Source of the DNA: Octopus vulgaris | Lineage: Eukaryota | Assembly: GCA_951406725.2 (NCBI GenBank) | Contig: OX597816.1 | Coordinates: 26,288,001 to 26,352,000, forward strand | DNA length: 64,000 nucleotides | Direction: 5' to 3' | In this document: one piece after another, positions 1-12,023 of the stretch | Position numbering within the stretch: position 1 is the stretch's first letter | How the letters are laid out: the number at the start of each line of letters is the position of its first letter | Program-made: the position numbers and the translations under genes | The notes under the pieces: generated by a model | Databases searched by the model: none | The model's input: only the letters and a program-made list of their open reading frames with translations | What the model was told of the DNA's origin: nothing

Positions 1-520
1 CACCCTCCCTGTCCCTTTACTACACTCTGTTGCGCCCCCTCTCTTCCTCTTCCCCCTTTTTCCTTCCTACCTTTCCTCTCCCTGTTCCCTCTAAGGCTCA
101 CCACCCCCCTGTCTCTTTTTTCCTCTCTCTGTCTCCTTCCTCCACACCACCCTCTCTGTCCCTTTACTTCACTCCCTGGTACCTCTATCCTGCCCTCTCT
201 CTCTCTCTCCCTCTCCATTTCATCTCTCTCTTCCTCTCCATTTTATCTCTCCGCCTTTCTTCTCCCTGCCCCCCTAGGGTCCACCCTCTTGTCTCACTTT
301 TCCACCCTGTCCCTTTCTACTACACCTCTATCCCGCTCACTCTCCCCCTGCTGACCTGCCATTCTCTCACCTTTCTCTTTTTCCCTCTTATTTTCTCTCT
401 TTCTCTCTTCTCTCAGGAAAATCCCCTCGTCTCTCTCTCTATCCCCCCTGGCTTTTCTCCTTTCTCTTCTCCCTCTCCATATCTCTCCTTCTCTATCTCT
501 CTCTCTGTTCCTATATTTCA
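1..520 (+). repeat. CT-rich LINE leader with degenerate ~150 bp tandem units
   Basis: Motif caccct(c/t)..gtcccttt(ct)actacac recurs at ~1, ~148 and ~303. Confidence 0.55.
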
Positions 521-530
521 CTAGAAGAAA

Positions 531-1427
531 ATGGCAAGAAACTGGTCTGCGAGAGAGGTGCAATTGTTCGTCCGCGCTTGGAAGATCGCTGAGGACGACT
601 CGCCGAACGAAATTATTGCTGCGGCGCTGAAAAGCAACAATTTTTCGAGAACCACCGCCCAGATAGAGCGAAAGAAGAGAGAAGTTATCCGTTCGTACGC
701 TCTAATCAGGCAACATGTGGACACCCTGGACATCATCCTGGGAGGTGACGGCAGCAGGGAGGGCCAAAAGGATGAGGAAAGCATCCAGAGCCAAATGGAG
801 AAGCCTGGAACACAGGGAAACGATGACACATGTCCAGCTTCCAACACCACAACTGAAGACCAAAGAGGTGCGATGGCCGCAAGAAAGGAAAGGCACCCTG
901 GAATTGATGGGAAGCAGGAGGTAAAGGGTGACAGAATCAAGGCTAAAGGAAGCCCTGTCCAGAGAAAGCAGAGGGACCCCAGCAAAAACTGTAAGGGCAG
1001 GGAAAGAAACACCTGCAAATTCTACCTGAGGGGGGACTGCTGGTACGGCGTTGAAGGTGCAAACTGTCGCTTTGCACATCGGAGGCCCTACCAAAACCGC
1101 ACGGACGCGAGACAGAGGTCCCTCCCTCAGGGAGAACAAAAACAAAAAGTTAAAAGAAGGGAAAAAAGCGCACTGACCACTACTGAAAGACGGTATGCAG
1201 ATGTGGTGCGCGGAAACCCAACAGGTGGCCAGCTTCACCCAGATGTGAGAAGGGCGGCAGCTGAACAGCAGTCTTTTTTGTGCATGGCACAAAAAATTGT
1301 TCAGCAGCTGACCTGGCTACAAGCACAAAGCTGGAACTACCACCACATAAGGCCACCTCCAACAGATGCAGGATGGCCACCACAGACACCAACACCAACA
1401 CACACACCACAAAAATATTTCTACTGA
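531..1427 (+). CDS. LINE ORF1 protein (Myb/SANT-like N-terminus + CCCH zinc finger)
   Basis: 298 aa ORF in good ATG context (aaaATGG). RNWSAREVQLFVRAW...IAAALKSNNFSRTTAQIERKKREVIRSY resembles the trihelix Myb/SANT pattern; CKFYLRGDCWYGVEGANCRFAH is C-x7-C-x8-C-x3-H. Confidence 0.8.
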   Translation: MARNWSAREVQLFVRAWKIAEDDSPNEIIAAALKSNNFSRTTAQIERKKREVIRSYALIRQHVDTLDIILGGDGSREGQKDEESIQSQMEKPGTQGNDDTCPASNTTTEDQRGAMAARKERHPGIDGKQEVKGDRIKAKGSPVQRKQRDPSKNCKGRERNTCKFYLRGDCWYGVEGANCRFAHRRPYQNRTDARQRSLPQGEQKQKVKRREKSALTTTERRYADVVRGNPTGGQLHPDVRRAAAEQQSFLCMAQKIVQQLTWLQAQSWNYHHIRPPPTDAGWPPQTPTPTHTPQKYFY

Positions 1428-4383
1428 ATGTAGGAGGGCTGCTGCGCGGAAACTGTAAAAAGAAAATTTCATTCCTGAGAGACCTTGTGACATGCAATCA
1501 AGCTATATGCATGGCACTCACAGAAACGCATCTTGAACCCGATATAGGTGATGCAGAAATACACATGCCGCAATATGCAGTCATACGCACAGATAGAAAA
1601 GGGAGGAGCCATGGTGGAGTTGCAATGTACATCCGAGATGACCTCACGCCCCAGGTCCTGCTGTCATATTCAAACTCAGTATGTGAAACTCAAATTGTAC
1701 ACATAAGACAACTGAATATCGTCATATGCACTACATATCGCCCACCAGACGCCCCAAAACACTCAGGCATGTTTGAAGACTGCCTAACAAAAATAGGAGA
1801 AGTCCTCACCAACCTTGAACAGCACAACAGTGTATTCTTCATGGGTGACTTTAACCTCCCCAATGTGGAATGGCCTGGGGGGCAGATGCTCCCAGGGATG
1901 ACACACCATCAGCAGGCACAGGTGGAGTCCCTGCTCCATCTCACAAATACCTCTTTCATGGAGCAAATAGTTCTGCAACCAACAAGGGCAGATAATATAC
2001 TGGATCTCTGCTTTACAAACAATATGGATATTATCCATAATGTTAATGTGATGCCGACAATGATCTCGGATCACAACATAATAGAGCTGTCTACGTATGG
2101 AACAAAAGCCCCCGCAGACACACAGCCTATACGAAGCACCCACCATCTCTCCAACTTAAACTTTCATAAAGCCAACTGGAAGTCGATTGAGAAAGAGATC
2201 CTCAAACAGGATTGGCCTGAATGTCTCTCCACACCGGACATAAACATGAAACACAAACACTTCATGTCCATAATACAAGCCATATGTGACAAATATGTCC
2301 CAATGTGCAGGGCCAGCACACACAAGAATAAAAACAGGATCCCTAGAGAAAGGAGGATTCTTATGAGACGACGGACAAGGATTGCAAACCGCCTGAGCAA
2401 GCACACCAAAAGTGGTGAGAAGTCTCGGCTCGAAAGAATGCTAATGGAAACTGAGAAAAGTCTACATCAGTCCCATGAAAAGGAGAGAGCAGATAAAGAA
2501 GCTTGGGTAATAGAAAATATAAAATCAAACCCTAAAGCTTTCTTTAAGTTTGCCAAAGAGACAGCCACAGTGCACCAGAGAATAGGACCTCTCTTCCAAA
2601 AAGATGGCTCTCTCACAGGAAATCCCACGAGGATAAGTGAAATACTGAACGAACAGTTCCAAAGTGTATTCACTACACCTCTAGGACACAGGCAAGTAAA
2701 CAACCCAGAAGAATTCTTTGCCACTTTACCAGCGGCCAAAGAGACAAAAATTGAGTACATCAACATCGAAGAAGATGATATCACACTAGCCATTGATGAG
2801 ATTGACACAAACTCAGCTGCTGGACCTGATGGATTCCCAGCGATCCTTCTCAAATCGTGCAAACGAGCCCTTGCAAAACCGCTACAGCTTCTTTTTCAGA
2901 GCTTTCTTGCAAGTGGTAAGCTCCCAGTCAAACTGAAAGAGGGGGTAATATGCCCTATCCATAAGGGAGGTAGCAGAGCAGATGCTAAAAATTATAGGCC
3001 TATCTCTCTGACCTCACACATCAGCAAAGTCATGGAACGAATAGTCCGTAAGAAACTAATCATGTTCCTTGAAGAAAATGACTTACTGTCTGACACCCAG
3101 CATGGATTTCGACCAGGTAGAGGCTGCCTAACACAGCTCCTGCAACACTATGACTGGGTGTTGAAACAGCTACTAAATGGCTCAAATGTGGATGTAATAT
3201 ATCTTGACTTTGCAAAAGCCTTTGATAAAGTCGACCATGGTATGATCTGTCACAAACTGCGTGGTCTCGGCATAGGCGGGAAACTTGGAGAGTGGCTGCA
3301 CAACTTCCTAAAAGACAGAAAACAGGCAGTTGTGAGCAATGGAGCCACCTCCAGGGAAACGCAAATAACAAGCGGTGTCCCACAGGGCACTGTCTTGGGG
3401 CCACTGATGTTCATAGTGGCCCTTTCAGACATGCCTTCAGTTGCTACGATGACCACCCTTGCTAGCTATGCAGATGACACAAAGGTCTCCCACGCAATAC
3501 AGAACCCTGAAAATATTGCGCATCTGCAACATGAGCTGGACACAATATACAGGTGGGCTGAGGACAACAACATGCAGTTTAATGCAGGTAAGTTCCAGGC
3601 CCTGCGCTACTGGCACACAAAGGTAAATGACGTGAAGACTGGATACACTGGCCCAGGAAGAATTGCAATCCCTGAGTCAAAATCAGTGCGTGACCTGGGC
3701 ATTGACATGAGCAATGATGCATCTTTCCAAATGCATATTGCTAATCTGGTGATAAAATGCAGACGGCTAGCTGGATGGATTCTCCGAACTTTCAGAACAA
3801 GAGAGAAGGAGACACTGATGGTCCTATGGAAAACATTTGTCCTCAGCCGCTTGGACTACTGCTCCCAACTTTGGTCACCACACAATATAAAACAAACAGC
3901 AGAACTCGAAGCAACTCAGAGAAGCTACACAAAGAAAATCGTCTCAATGCAAAATGTCAGCTACTGGGAAAGACTGAAGGTATTAAACCTCTTCTCCCTG
4001 GAGCGGAGGCGGGAGAGATATGCAGCAATATACATCTGGAAAATCCTGGAGGGTCTTGTCCCAAACTTTGGCATTCAAAGTTACTCCAACCGCAGAACGG
4101 GCGCCGCTGCGTGGTGCCAAGGATTCCAACATCACCATCAAAATACAGGTCCAGATACTGCAACAGCTTGGGTTTCAGAGGACCACAGCTTTTCAACATC
4201 CTCCCTAAATGCCTGAGAGACTTACATGGTGTGGATGTGGGTTTCTTTAAAACTAAACTGGATCTCTTCTTGTTGGGAGTCCCAGATGAACCTACCTCAC
4301 GACAGGAGACGCGGATGCGGGCAGCAGCATCGAACTCCCTTGTTGATCAAGTGCCACGTATCAGAGGTGGATTCACAAACTAG
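1373..4383 (+). CDS. LINE ORF2: AP endonuclease + reverse transcriptase, one -1 frameshift at ~4099-4101
   Basis: APE motifs LNVGGL, LTETHL, YRPP, MGDFN, LDLCF, SDH; RT motifs NYRPISL, QHGFR, DFAKAFD, GVPQG, YADD, LGI. The C-terminus (GPQLFNILP...KLDLFL...VPDEP) continues in the 3757..4383 frame. Likely start is the ATG at 1373. Confidence 0.93.
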
Positions 4384-4456
4384 TGTGGCTCATTCAGCGG
4401 TGGTGCCCCAGCATGGCCGCGGCCTTCGGGCTAAAACATTTTTAAGGATTTAAGGA

Positions 4457-4590
4457 TGTATGTATGTATGTATGTATGTTTATATGTATGTATGTATGTA
4501 TGTATGTTTGTATGTATGTATGTATGTAAGTATGTATGTATGTATGTATGTATGTTTATATGTATGTATGTATGTATGTATGTTTGTATG

Positions 4591-4621
<31 letters not shown>

Positions 4622-5200
4622 GTATGTATGTATGTATGTTTATATGTATGTATGTATGTAAGTATGTATGTATGTATGTATGTATGTATGTATGTATGTA
4701 TGTATGTATGTATGTATGTATGTATGTATGTATGTATGTTTGTATGTATGTATGTATGTATGTATGTATGTATGATTATATGTATGTATGTATGTAAGTA
4801 TGTATGTTTGTATGTATGTATGTATGTATGTAAGTATGTATGTTTGTATGTATGGATGTATGTAGAGAGGGAGGGAGGAGGGAGGGAGAGAGGAGGAAGG
4901 GGAAAGGGGGGAGGGGGAGAGAGGATATATATGTATGTACGTATGTATGTATTTGCGTAGTTAGGAAGGTATGTATGTATGTATGTATGTATGTGTGTAT
5001 GTATGCATGATGTGTGTGCGTATTTATGTATGTATGTATGTATGTGCGTATTATGTATTTACATAAGAATGTATGCATACGCCTATGTATGTCTACATGT
5101 GTGTGTGTGTGTATGCATGCATGTTTGTATGTATGTATTGTATGTATGCATGCATGTATATGCGTGTATATGTAGGCTTGTATTTATGTATGTAATAGAC
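4457..5200. repeat. (TATG)n microsatellite field
   Basis: Long degenerate TATG array immediately 3' of the LINE. Confidence 0.95.
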
Positions 5201-5276
5201 GCACGACTATAAATTCTAACATTCCAACAGAATGCTTACTCTTACACTTACTCTTACACACACACAAACACACACA

Positions 5277-5332
<56 letters not shown>

Positions 5333-5494
5333 AAAAACATACACGCATACATCAAATATGTGTGTGTGAGTAACTGTGTGTGTGCGCGCGATAGAAACAG
5401 GTTTTTACAACTCTTAAACACTGACACACTCACACACACACTCGCTAGTTACATGTATACACCTTAATACATAGGCAGACAAACACACACTAAA

Positions 5495-5547
<53 letters not shown>

Positions 5548-5850
5548 TACATACATACATACATACATACATACATACATACATACATACATACACACAT
5601 ACATATACATACACATATATGCATATGTATTCTCACACACAAACACAGACTGTACAGGCGCAAAATGACACTAACAGCACATACATACACTCGCGCCTGT
5701 GCTCGCATATATACACACATATAAACATACATGATATGTGTAAACTAATAAGAATAAGAGGAAATTTAGCGTAGCGAATAAAAATAAACATCGATAAGAA
5801 AAAAGAAAGAAAGAAAGAGAGAAAGAAAGAAAAAGAAAGGAAGAAAGAAA

Positions 5851-5885
<35 letters not shown>

Positions 5886-6342
5886 GAGTGAGAGAGAAAG
5901 AAAGAAAAAGGAAGGAAGGAAAGAAAGAAGGAAGATGGATCCAAATAAACGGTACCAAGAAGCGTAACCGCAACGACCACATGAACAATAATGAACACAA
6001 GGACGGCATCTTAGACACGAAGTCGAACGCGAGAGTAAATTTGGAACACAAACACGTGAGGTGTGTGTGGGGGGGGGGGAGAAGAAGGAGAATGGTGTAG
6101 GTTTGAGGTGGGAGGAGGAGGAGAGAAACGATGAACGAAAAGAACGAAGAATGTAAAGAAAAACAATAAAGGAGAGGAGAGGAGAGGAAAATAAATAGAG
6201 AGAGAAAGAGAGAGAAAGAGTGAAAGAAAGAGAGAGAGAGAGAAAGGAAGGACGAAAAAGGAAAGAAAGGAGACGCGAAAGGAAGGAAGAAAGGAAGGAA
6301 GACTAGGAGGAAAAGAGGAAGGAAAGAAAGAAAGAAACAGTT

Positions 6343-6511
6343 ATGTTTGGATGTACGGCATTGAAGAACGGCCCGGCGCCAGTTGTGGAGTGTACCATGT
6401 CACCGCTTACAGAAAACTTACTGACAAAACACAACAACAGCAACAACAATAATAATAACAACAACAATAACAACAACAACAACAACAACAATAATAATAA
6501 TAATAATAATA

Positions 6512-6556
<45 letters not shown>

Positions 6557-7440
6557 GCAATCATCGATTGAAACGTCCACCCCAACAACAACTACACCCT
6601 CAACTGCAACCGAAGCTGCAATTACAAATACAACCACGGCGAAAACTACATCCCCAACAACAACAATCCCAACTGCGGTCCCAAATGCATCCGCAACAAC
6701 CTCAGCGACTACAACAACACCAACACCTACCACAGTTGCATCAACCACAGCTACTGCTACTACTACAAGGGCAATCGCATCTACAGCCGAAACTGTCGCA
6801 CAAACAACAACAACAACAACAACAACAGCAACAACAACAACAACAACAGTCTCAGCCGGGGTCCGAGCTACTACTACTACCACAACAATCACAATCACAA
6901 TCACAATCACAATCACAACAACCTCAAGTACAGCTACAGCTGCCGCCAAAACTGCAATTTCAAATATATCGCCAAAAACACCAACACGTACAACAAGGAC
7001 AAAAACAGCAACAACAACAACAACAACATCAACAGCAGCAGCAGCAGTGGCCGCAGCAGCAGCAATATCCCCATAAAAACAGCAGCAACAACAACAATAG
7101 CAACAACAGTAATAAAATCTTCAATCACCAAAGCGGATCCAGTATAAACAACACTCGCACTAACATCAGCAATAGTAGCGGCGGTAGTGGTAGTGGTAGT
7201 GTTAGTGGTAGAGGCAGTGACAGTAGTGGTGGTAGTGCTGCTGACGGCAACAGCAGCAGCAGTAGTAGTCACTGCATGAACAAGAGTAGCATTAATAAAA
7301 ATAATAATAATAATAGTAGTAGTAGTAGTAGTAGTAGTAATAATAATAATAATAATTATTATCTGTATACAAATGTAAACGATTGTAACAACACTCGTAG
7401 CAACATCGCCAACACCGCCAGCAGTAGTAGTAGCAGCAGC

Positions 7441-7535
<95 letters not shown>

Positions 7536-7536
7536 G

Positions 7537-7597
<61 letters not shown>

Positions 7598-8429
7598 AGG
7601 CGGCGGCAGCAGCAGCCACAGAAGTAGAGGTCGTGGTGGCGGCGGAGTCGTCAGCGTGATCGTCAGTGTGAACGGCAGAGGTAGCGGTGGCGGCGGCGAC
7701 GTTGACTACGGAGACGGCGGCGGCGGCGGCGTTGCCAATTGCGGCAGTTGTGTTATTAACAACATGAAAATGCACATGAGCGGGTCCGCGGCAATGGCTT
7801 TGGACAACGTGTTGATTACGACGAATCCGTGTAACGAATTTAGACAAATGGCCGACATTAATAGCACGCGATGTCGAGCGCACCTTGCTACATACAACAC
7901 CACCACCATCACCACCACCAACAACACAAACACCACCAACACCAACACCTTAACTACCACTACAAACACGACCACAAACAACAACACCAACACCAACAAC
8001 ATCAATTATTACAGTCCAAATAATATCCACAGTGGTGGCCATATTACCGGCAAAAACAACAACAATAATAGTAATAATAATAATAGTAATAATAATAATA
8101 ACAAAAGCATTGTTGCTACCACGGTCACCACAACCAACAACAACACCAACAACAGCAACAGCATCACCACTAGCACCACTACAGCCACCACCACCATCCC
8201 CACTACAACTAACAACAACAACAACAACAACAACAAAGCAATCACTGCTGCATCTGTTGATGCTGGTGCTGCTGCGACCGTTGCACGCCCGGAGTTCATC
8301 CCGGCGCTGCCAACAACAACAACAACACTAACAACAAGCTACAACAATACTATAGCGACCAGCTATACAGTCACCCCCAATAACAACAACACCAACACCA
8401 CCACAACCAACAACAACAACATCCTCATC

Positions 8430-8461
<32 letters not shown>

Positions 8462-8743
8462 AAATAATAATACAAATAATAATAATAATAATAAATTTAA
8501 TACTAATATTATTGCTGCTATTACTACTACTACTAATACTACTACAACATCAACAATCAAGAGTGGAGTACAATCATCAATGGATCATGTAGGAGCGAGT
8601 TGTGGCAATTATCCTGCAACTGCGATTAGTCCTGGACCTTGTACAACCGGTCACATAACTGGACAAACTATGAAAAGGAATACCACGTCCATTACCAGCC
8701 GGACATCTAACAATACACGGAATTTAAGGGCCAGATCTTTAAG
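6343..8743 (+). CDS. Probable large first coding exon of a host gene; N/Q/S/G/T low-complexity protein of unknown identity
   Basis: ORFs 6343..7659 and 7599/7656..8810 join with a 1-nt shift at ~7597-7598. Only trinucleotide repeats occur here, whereas flanks are di/tetranucleotide. Mixed codons in the Q tracts, unique islands (MFGCTALKNGPAPVVECTMSP; ARPEFIPALP), and a candidate AG|GTATGG donor at 8743/8744. Confidence 0.6.
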
Positions 8744-8825
8744 GTATGGTAGTAAAAACCCCTTAGTTTTGTTTGTTGGTTTGGCGGTTGTCGTTTTTTT
8801 GTTTTGGTAATTTTTTTATTTTTGC

Positions 8826-8866
<41 letters not shown>

Positions 8867-9264
8867 TTCGTATTTTCTGTTTCAGCTTCGGTCATTGGGA
8901 TATATACATATATGCGCACACACACACACACATACACGCGCAGACACACACACACACGCGCACACACGCGCACACACACACGCACATATTATATATATAT
9001 ATGCAATTATGTATGCACACTTGCATGTAAGTACGTGAGCATGCATGCATGCATGTAAGTATGTATACATACATGTATGTATGCATTTATGTATATATGC
9101 ATTATGTGTGTATGCACATTTATATATGCTTGTATGTACGATTCTGTCTAGCAACACACACATATGCCAGTATATGCAAACGCATGTTATATATATGTAC
9201 TTATATATACATATTGTTCGTGTGTGTATTTGAGTGTGTATGCATGTATGTGTGTATATATATA

Positions 9265-9323
9265 TCCTTAGATCCTTAAAAGTGTTTTAGCCCGAAGGCC
9301 GCGGCCATGCTGGGGCACCACCG
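9265..9323 (-). mobile_element. 5'-truncated copy (3' terminus only) of the LINE at 1-4456
   Basis: Reverse complement cggtggtgccccagcatggccgcggccttcgggctaaaacacttttaaggatctaagga nearly identical to 4398-4456. Confidence 0.9.
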
Positions 9324-10230
9324 TGCATATATATATACACACGTAGTGGATCTTGCAGGCATGGCGTGGATTCGATCCTAGATAGCCTTTCATATTACAA
9401 GGTGACGACTCCGACGTTCCAAATTAATGTTTACAAATTAATCTCAACCGTTACAAAATAAAACTTCTACCATGCACAAATCCGTCCACCGTATTCTGGG
9501 CCCTACAGAGTACTTACCGTTACATATATACATACATACAAATATATATATGCATATGTTCACTCACGCACACACAAACACACGGACACATACACGCGCA
9601 CACATAGACACACATACATGCACAATATTCTTCTGAAAGAAATCTCTTTTCATGTAATTTGTTCTTTCTATCATAACAAAACTTTTTTTAGAGAAAAAAT
9701 TATTGAAGCAAAACTAACAACTCAACTGGTCAGTGCAAAAGTTACTTGTAACATAAATATCGTATCATATATATATATATATATACATAAATATATTCTT
9801 ACACACACGCACATACATGCACACACGCTCACAAGCACGCACGGATTGCCGTATGTATTTATATCGATGCATCTATCTATATGTGTGCTGTTGTTCTTGT
9901 TCTTGTGGTATGTGTGTGTATATAAGTGTGTGGGACCAATGTACAAGTGTGCTTCTCTTTGTGTGTGTGTGATTTTACATTGGTGTTCTTAAGCCACCGA
10001 GCCGGTCGTCTGCTAAGAAACAAGGCCTCAGTAATGAAAACTTGCACAAAAAAGAACAAAAAAACTACTGTCTATCGCCACATAATGTAGTTTTTTTGCG
10101 TGTAGGTCAACGGTCCTGTTTTTGATTTGTCTTCGTACATACACACATGCACACACAAACACACACACACACATACACATAAACATATGTATAAATATAT
10201 ATGTAAGATATGTACGTGTGTGTGAGGTTG

Positions 10231-10390
10231 TGAGTTCAAATTCCGCCGAGGTCGACTTTGCCTTTCATCCTTTCGGGGTCGATAAATTAAGTACCAGTTA
10301 CGCACTGGAGTCGATGTAATCGACTTAATACCTATGTCTGTCCTTGTTTGTCCCCTCTATGTTTAGCCCCTTGTGGGTAATAAAGAAATA
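10231..10390 (+). mobile_element. SINE family B (Meta-domain-like), 5' truncated
   Basis: gagttcaaattcc B box, gtcgactttgcctttcatcctttcggggtcgataaattaagtacc core, ...gccccttgtggg..aaagaaata tail. Confidence 0.85.
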
Positions 10391-10565
10391 GGTATGTTTC
10401 TACATGTATGGACGGAGACATGGATATATGTAAATCCATATATTATGTAACTGTATGCGGTTCTGTGATATCGAATTATCTGTAAGTGATTATATATGTG
10501 TGTTTTGTGTGCGTGTGTTTGTGTGTGTGCATGTTTGGACAAGCGTTACTACATATAACATGCAT

Positions 10566-10629
<64 letters not shown>

Positions 10630-10840
10630 GGATAAGATCGATATTTAAATACCTATCTTATTCATGGCCAACATGGGAATAAAAACCTTTCAAAGGTAAT
10701 AATTTTTTTTTTGCTAGTTTTATTTTGTCTCTTTGTCTTCTCTCCCGGTGCTGTGTGAACATTTAATGTGGTTTTAGAGTCAAGTTTTGACTGCTATTTC
10801 CAGCGTGTTGGTATCTCTTAGATACCCTAAATTATAATTT

Positions 10841-10906
<66 letters not shown>

Positions 10907-11013
10907 TAAACATAAACATGTACAAACGAAAATACAAAGAAAAATATGCATGAATAAAAATGCAAATGCATGTTCGCACGCACCTTGCACGCACAAATCT
11001 ATGCATGTAATAT

Positions 11014-11178
11014 GCGCAGGGATAGCTGTGTGGTCAGAAGATTGCTTACGAACCACATGGTTCCATGTTCAGTCCCACTGCGTGGCACCTTGGGCAAGTG
11101 TCTTCTACGTTAACCTCAGGCCGACAAAAGCCTTGTGAGTGGACTTGGTAGTCGGAAACTGATATATGTATGTATATA

Positions 11179-11269
<91 letters not shown>

Positions 11270-11424
11270 CAGTGTTTGTCCCTCCAACATCGCAAGACAA
11301 CCGATGTTGGTGTGTTTACGTCCCCGCAAAAGACCGATAGAATATCTACCAGGATTACAAAGAATAAGTCGTGGGGTTAATTTGTTCGCGTAAGGCGCAG
11401 CCAAATGACTGAAATACGTAAAAG
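11014..11424 (+). mobile_element. SINE family A (tRNA head, CORE-like ccttgggcaag segment, internal microsatellite)
   Basis: Homologous to copies at 13749, 31044, 49636, 61773. Confidence 0.85.
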
Positions 11425-11806
11425 CATATATATATACAGTCATGTGTATATATTCAATTACGTATGTGCGTATATATGTATATTTATGTTTGCCTTTATA
11501 GATGCGTGTATGTATTTGTGTATATATGCATATACAAATGGATCAACGTATTGTCGTCTTCTTGACTGGAGTTTCATAACGCTTGTTCTTTACCGGTCAC
11601 TTCTAGTTGGCAAGTTTTGAATATATTATGCGAGTGTGTGTGTGTGTGTGTTTTTTTTTTGCGTGTGTGTATGGGTGTGTGTGTGCGTGAGTGTTTGTGT
11701 ACGTATATATTTATGTATATGCAGAAAAACGGAGGCATATATGCACAAACACGCTCACACACACACACATACACACACACACATATATATATATTTATAG
11801 ACAGAG

Positions 11807-11847
<41 letters not shown>

Positions 11848-11924
11848 CATACATACATACATACATACATACATACATACATACATACAGCATATACATA
11901 ATATATAGATAGATAGGCGGCGAT

Positions 11925-12023
11925 CATCGGACAGTTTTTTGCTAGAATAAAGTATATTGCTCTACCACTGGTATTTGAGTACTCTTTTTTCCACCTTGTT
12001 TCACATTTATGTGTTTACTCCGG
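11925..12023 (+). mobile_element. Fragment of the Penelope-like terminal-repeat family at 33581-33815
   Basis: aataaagtatattgctctaccactggtatttgagtactc...ccaccttgtttcacatttatgtg...ccgg matches the reverse complement of 33581-33660. Confidence 0.7.

Larger units (their letters stand above)
1..4456 (+). mobile_element. Near full-length non-LTR retrotransposon (LINE, CR1/L2/Jockey group); 5' end may extend beyond the window
   Basis: Pyrimidine-rich leader, ORF1, overlapping ORF2 with APE and RT motifs, short 3' UTR ending in two TTTAAGGA repeats directly followed by (TATG)n. Confidence 0.95.

Noticed and set aside
3757-4098. Separate 208 aa gene at 3757..4383
   Set aside because: Only the part after ~4099 is meaningful; it is the frameshifted ORF2 C-terminus
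6303-8560. Minus-strand poly-L/V/Y ORFs
   Set aside because: Antisense shadows of the trinucleotide-rich + strand ORF
9359-9401. Possible 43 nt micro-exon (cag|G CAT GGC...AAG|gtgacg) in phase with the 8743 donor
   Set aside because: Weak polypyrimidine tract and no homology or transcript evidence; could be chance
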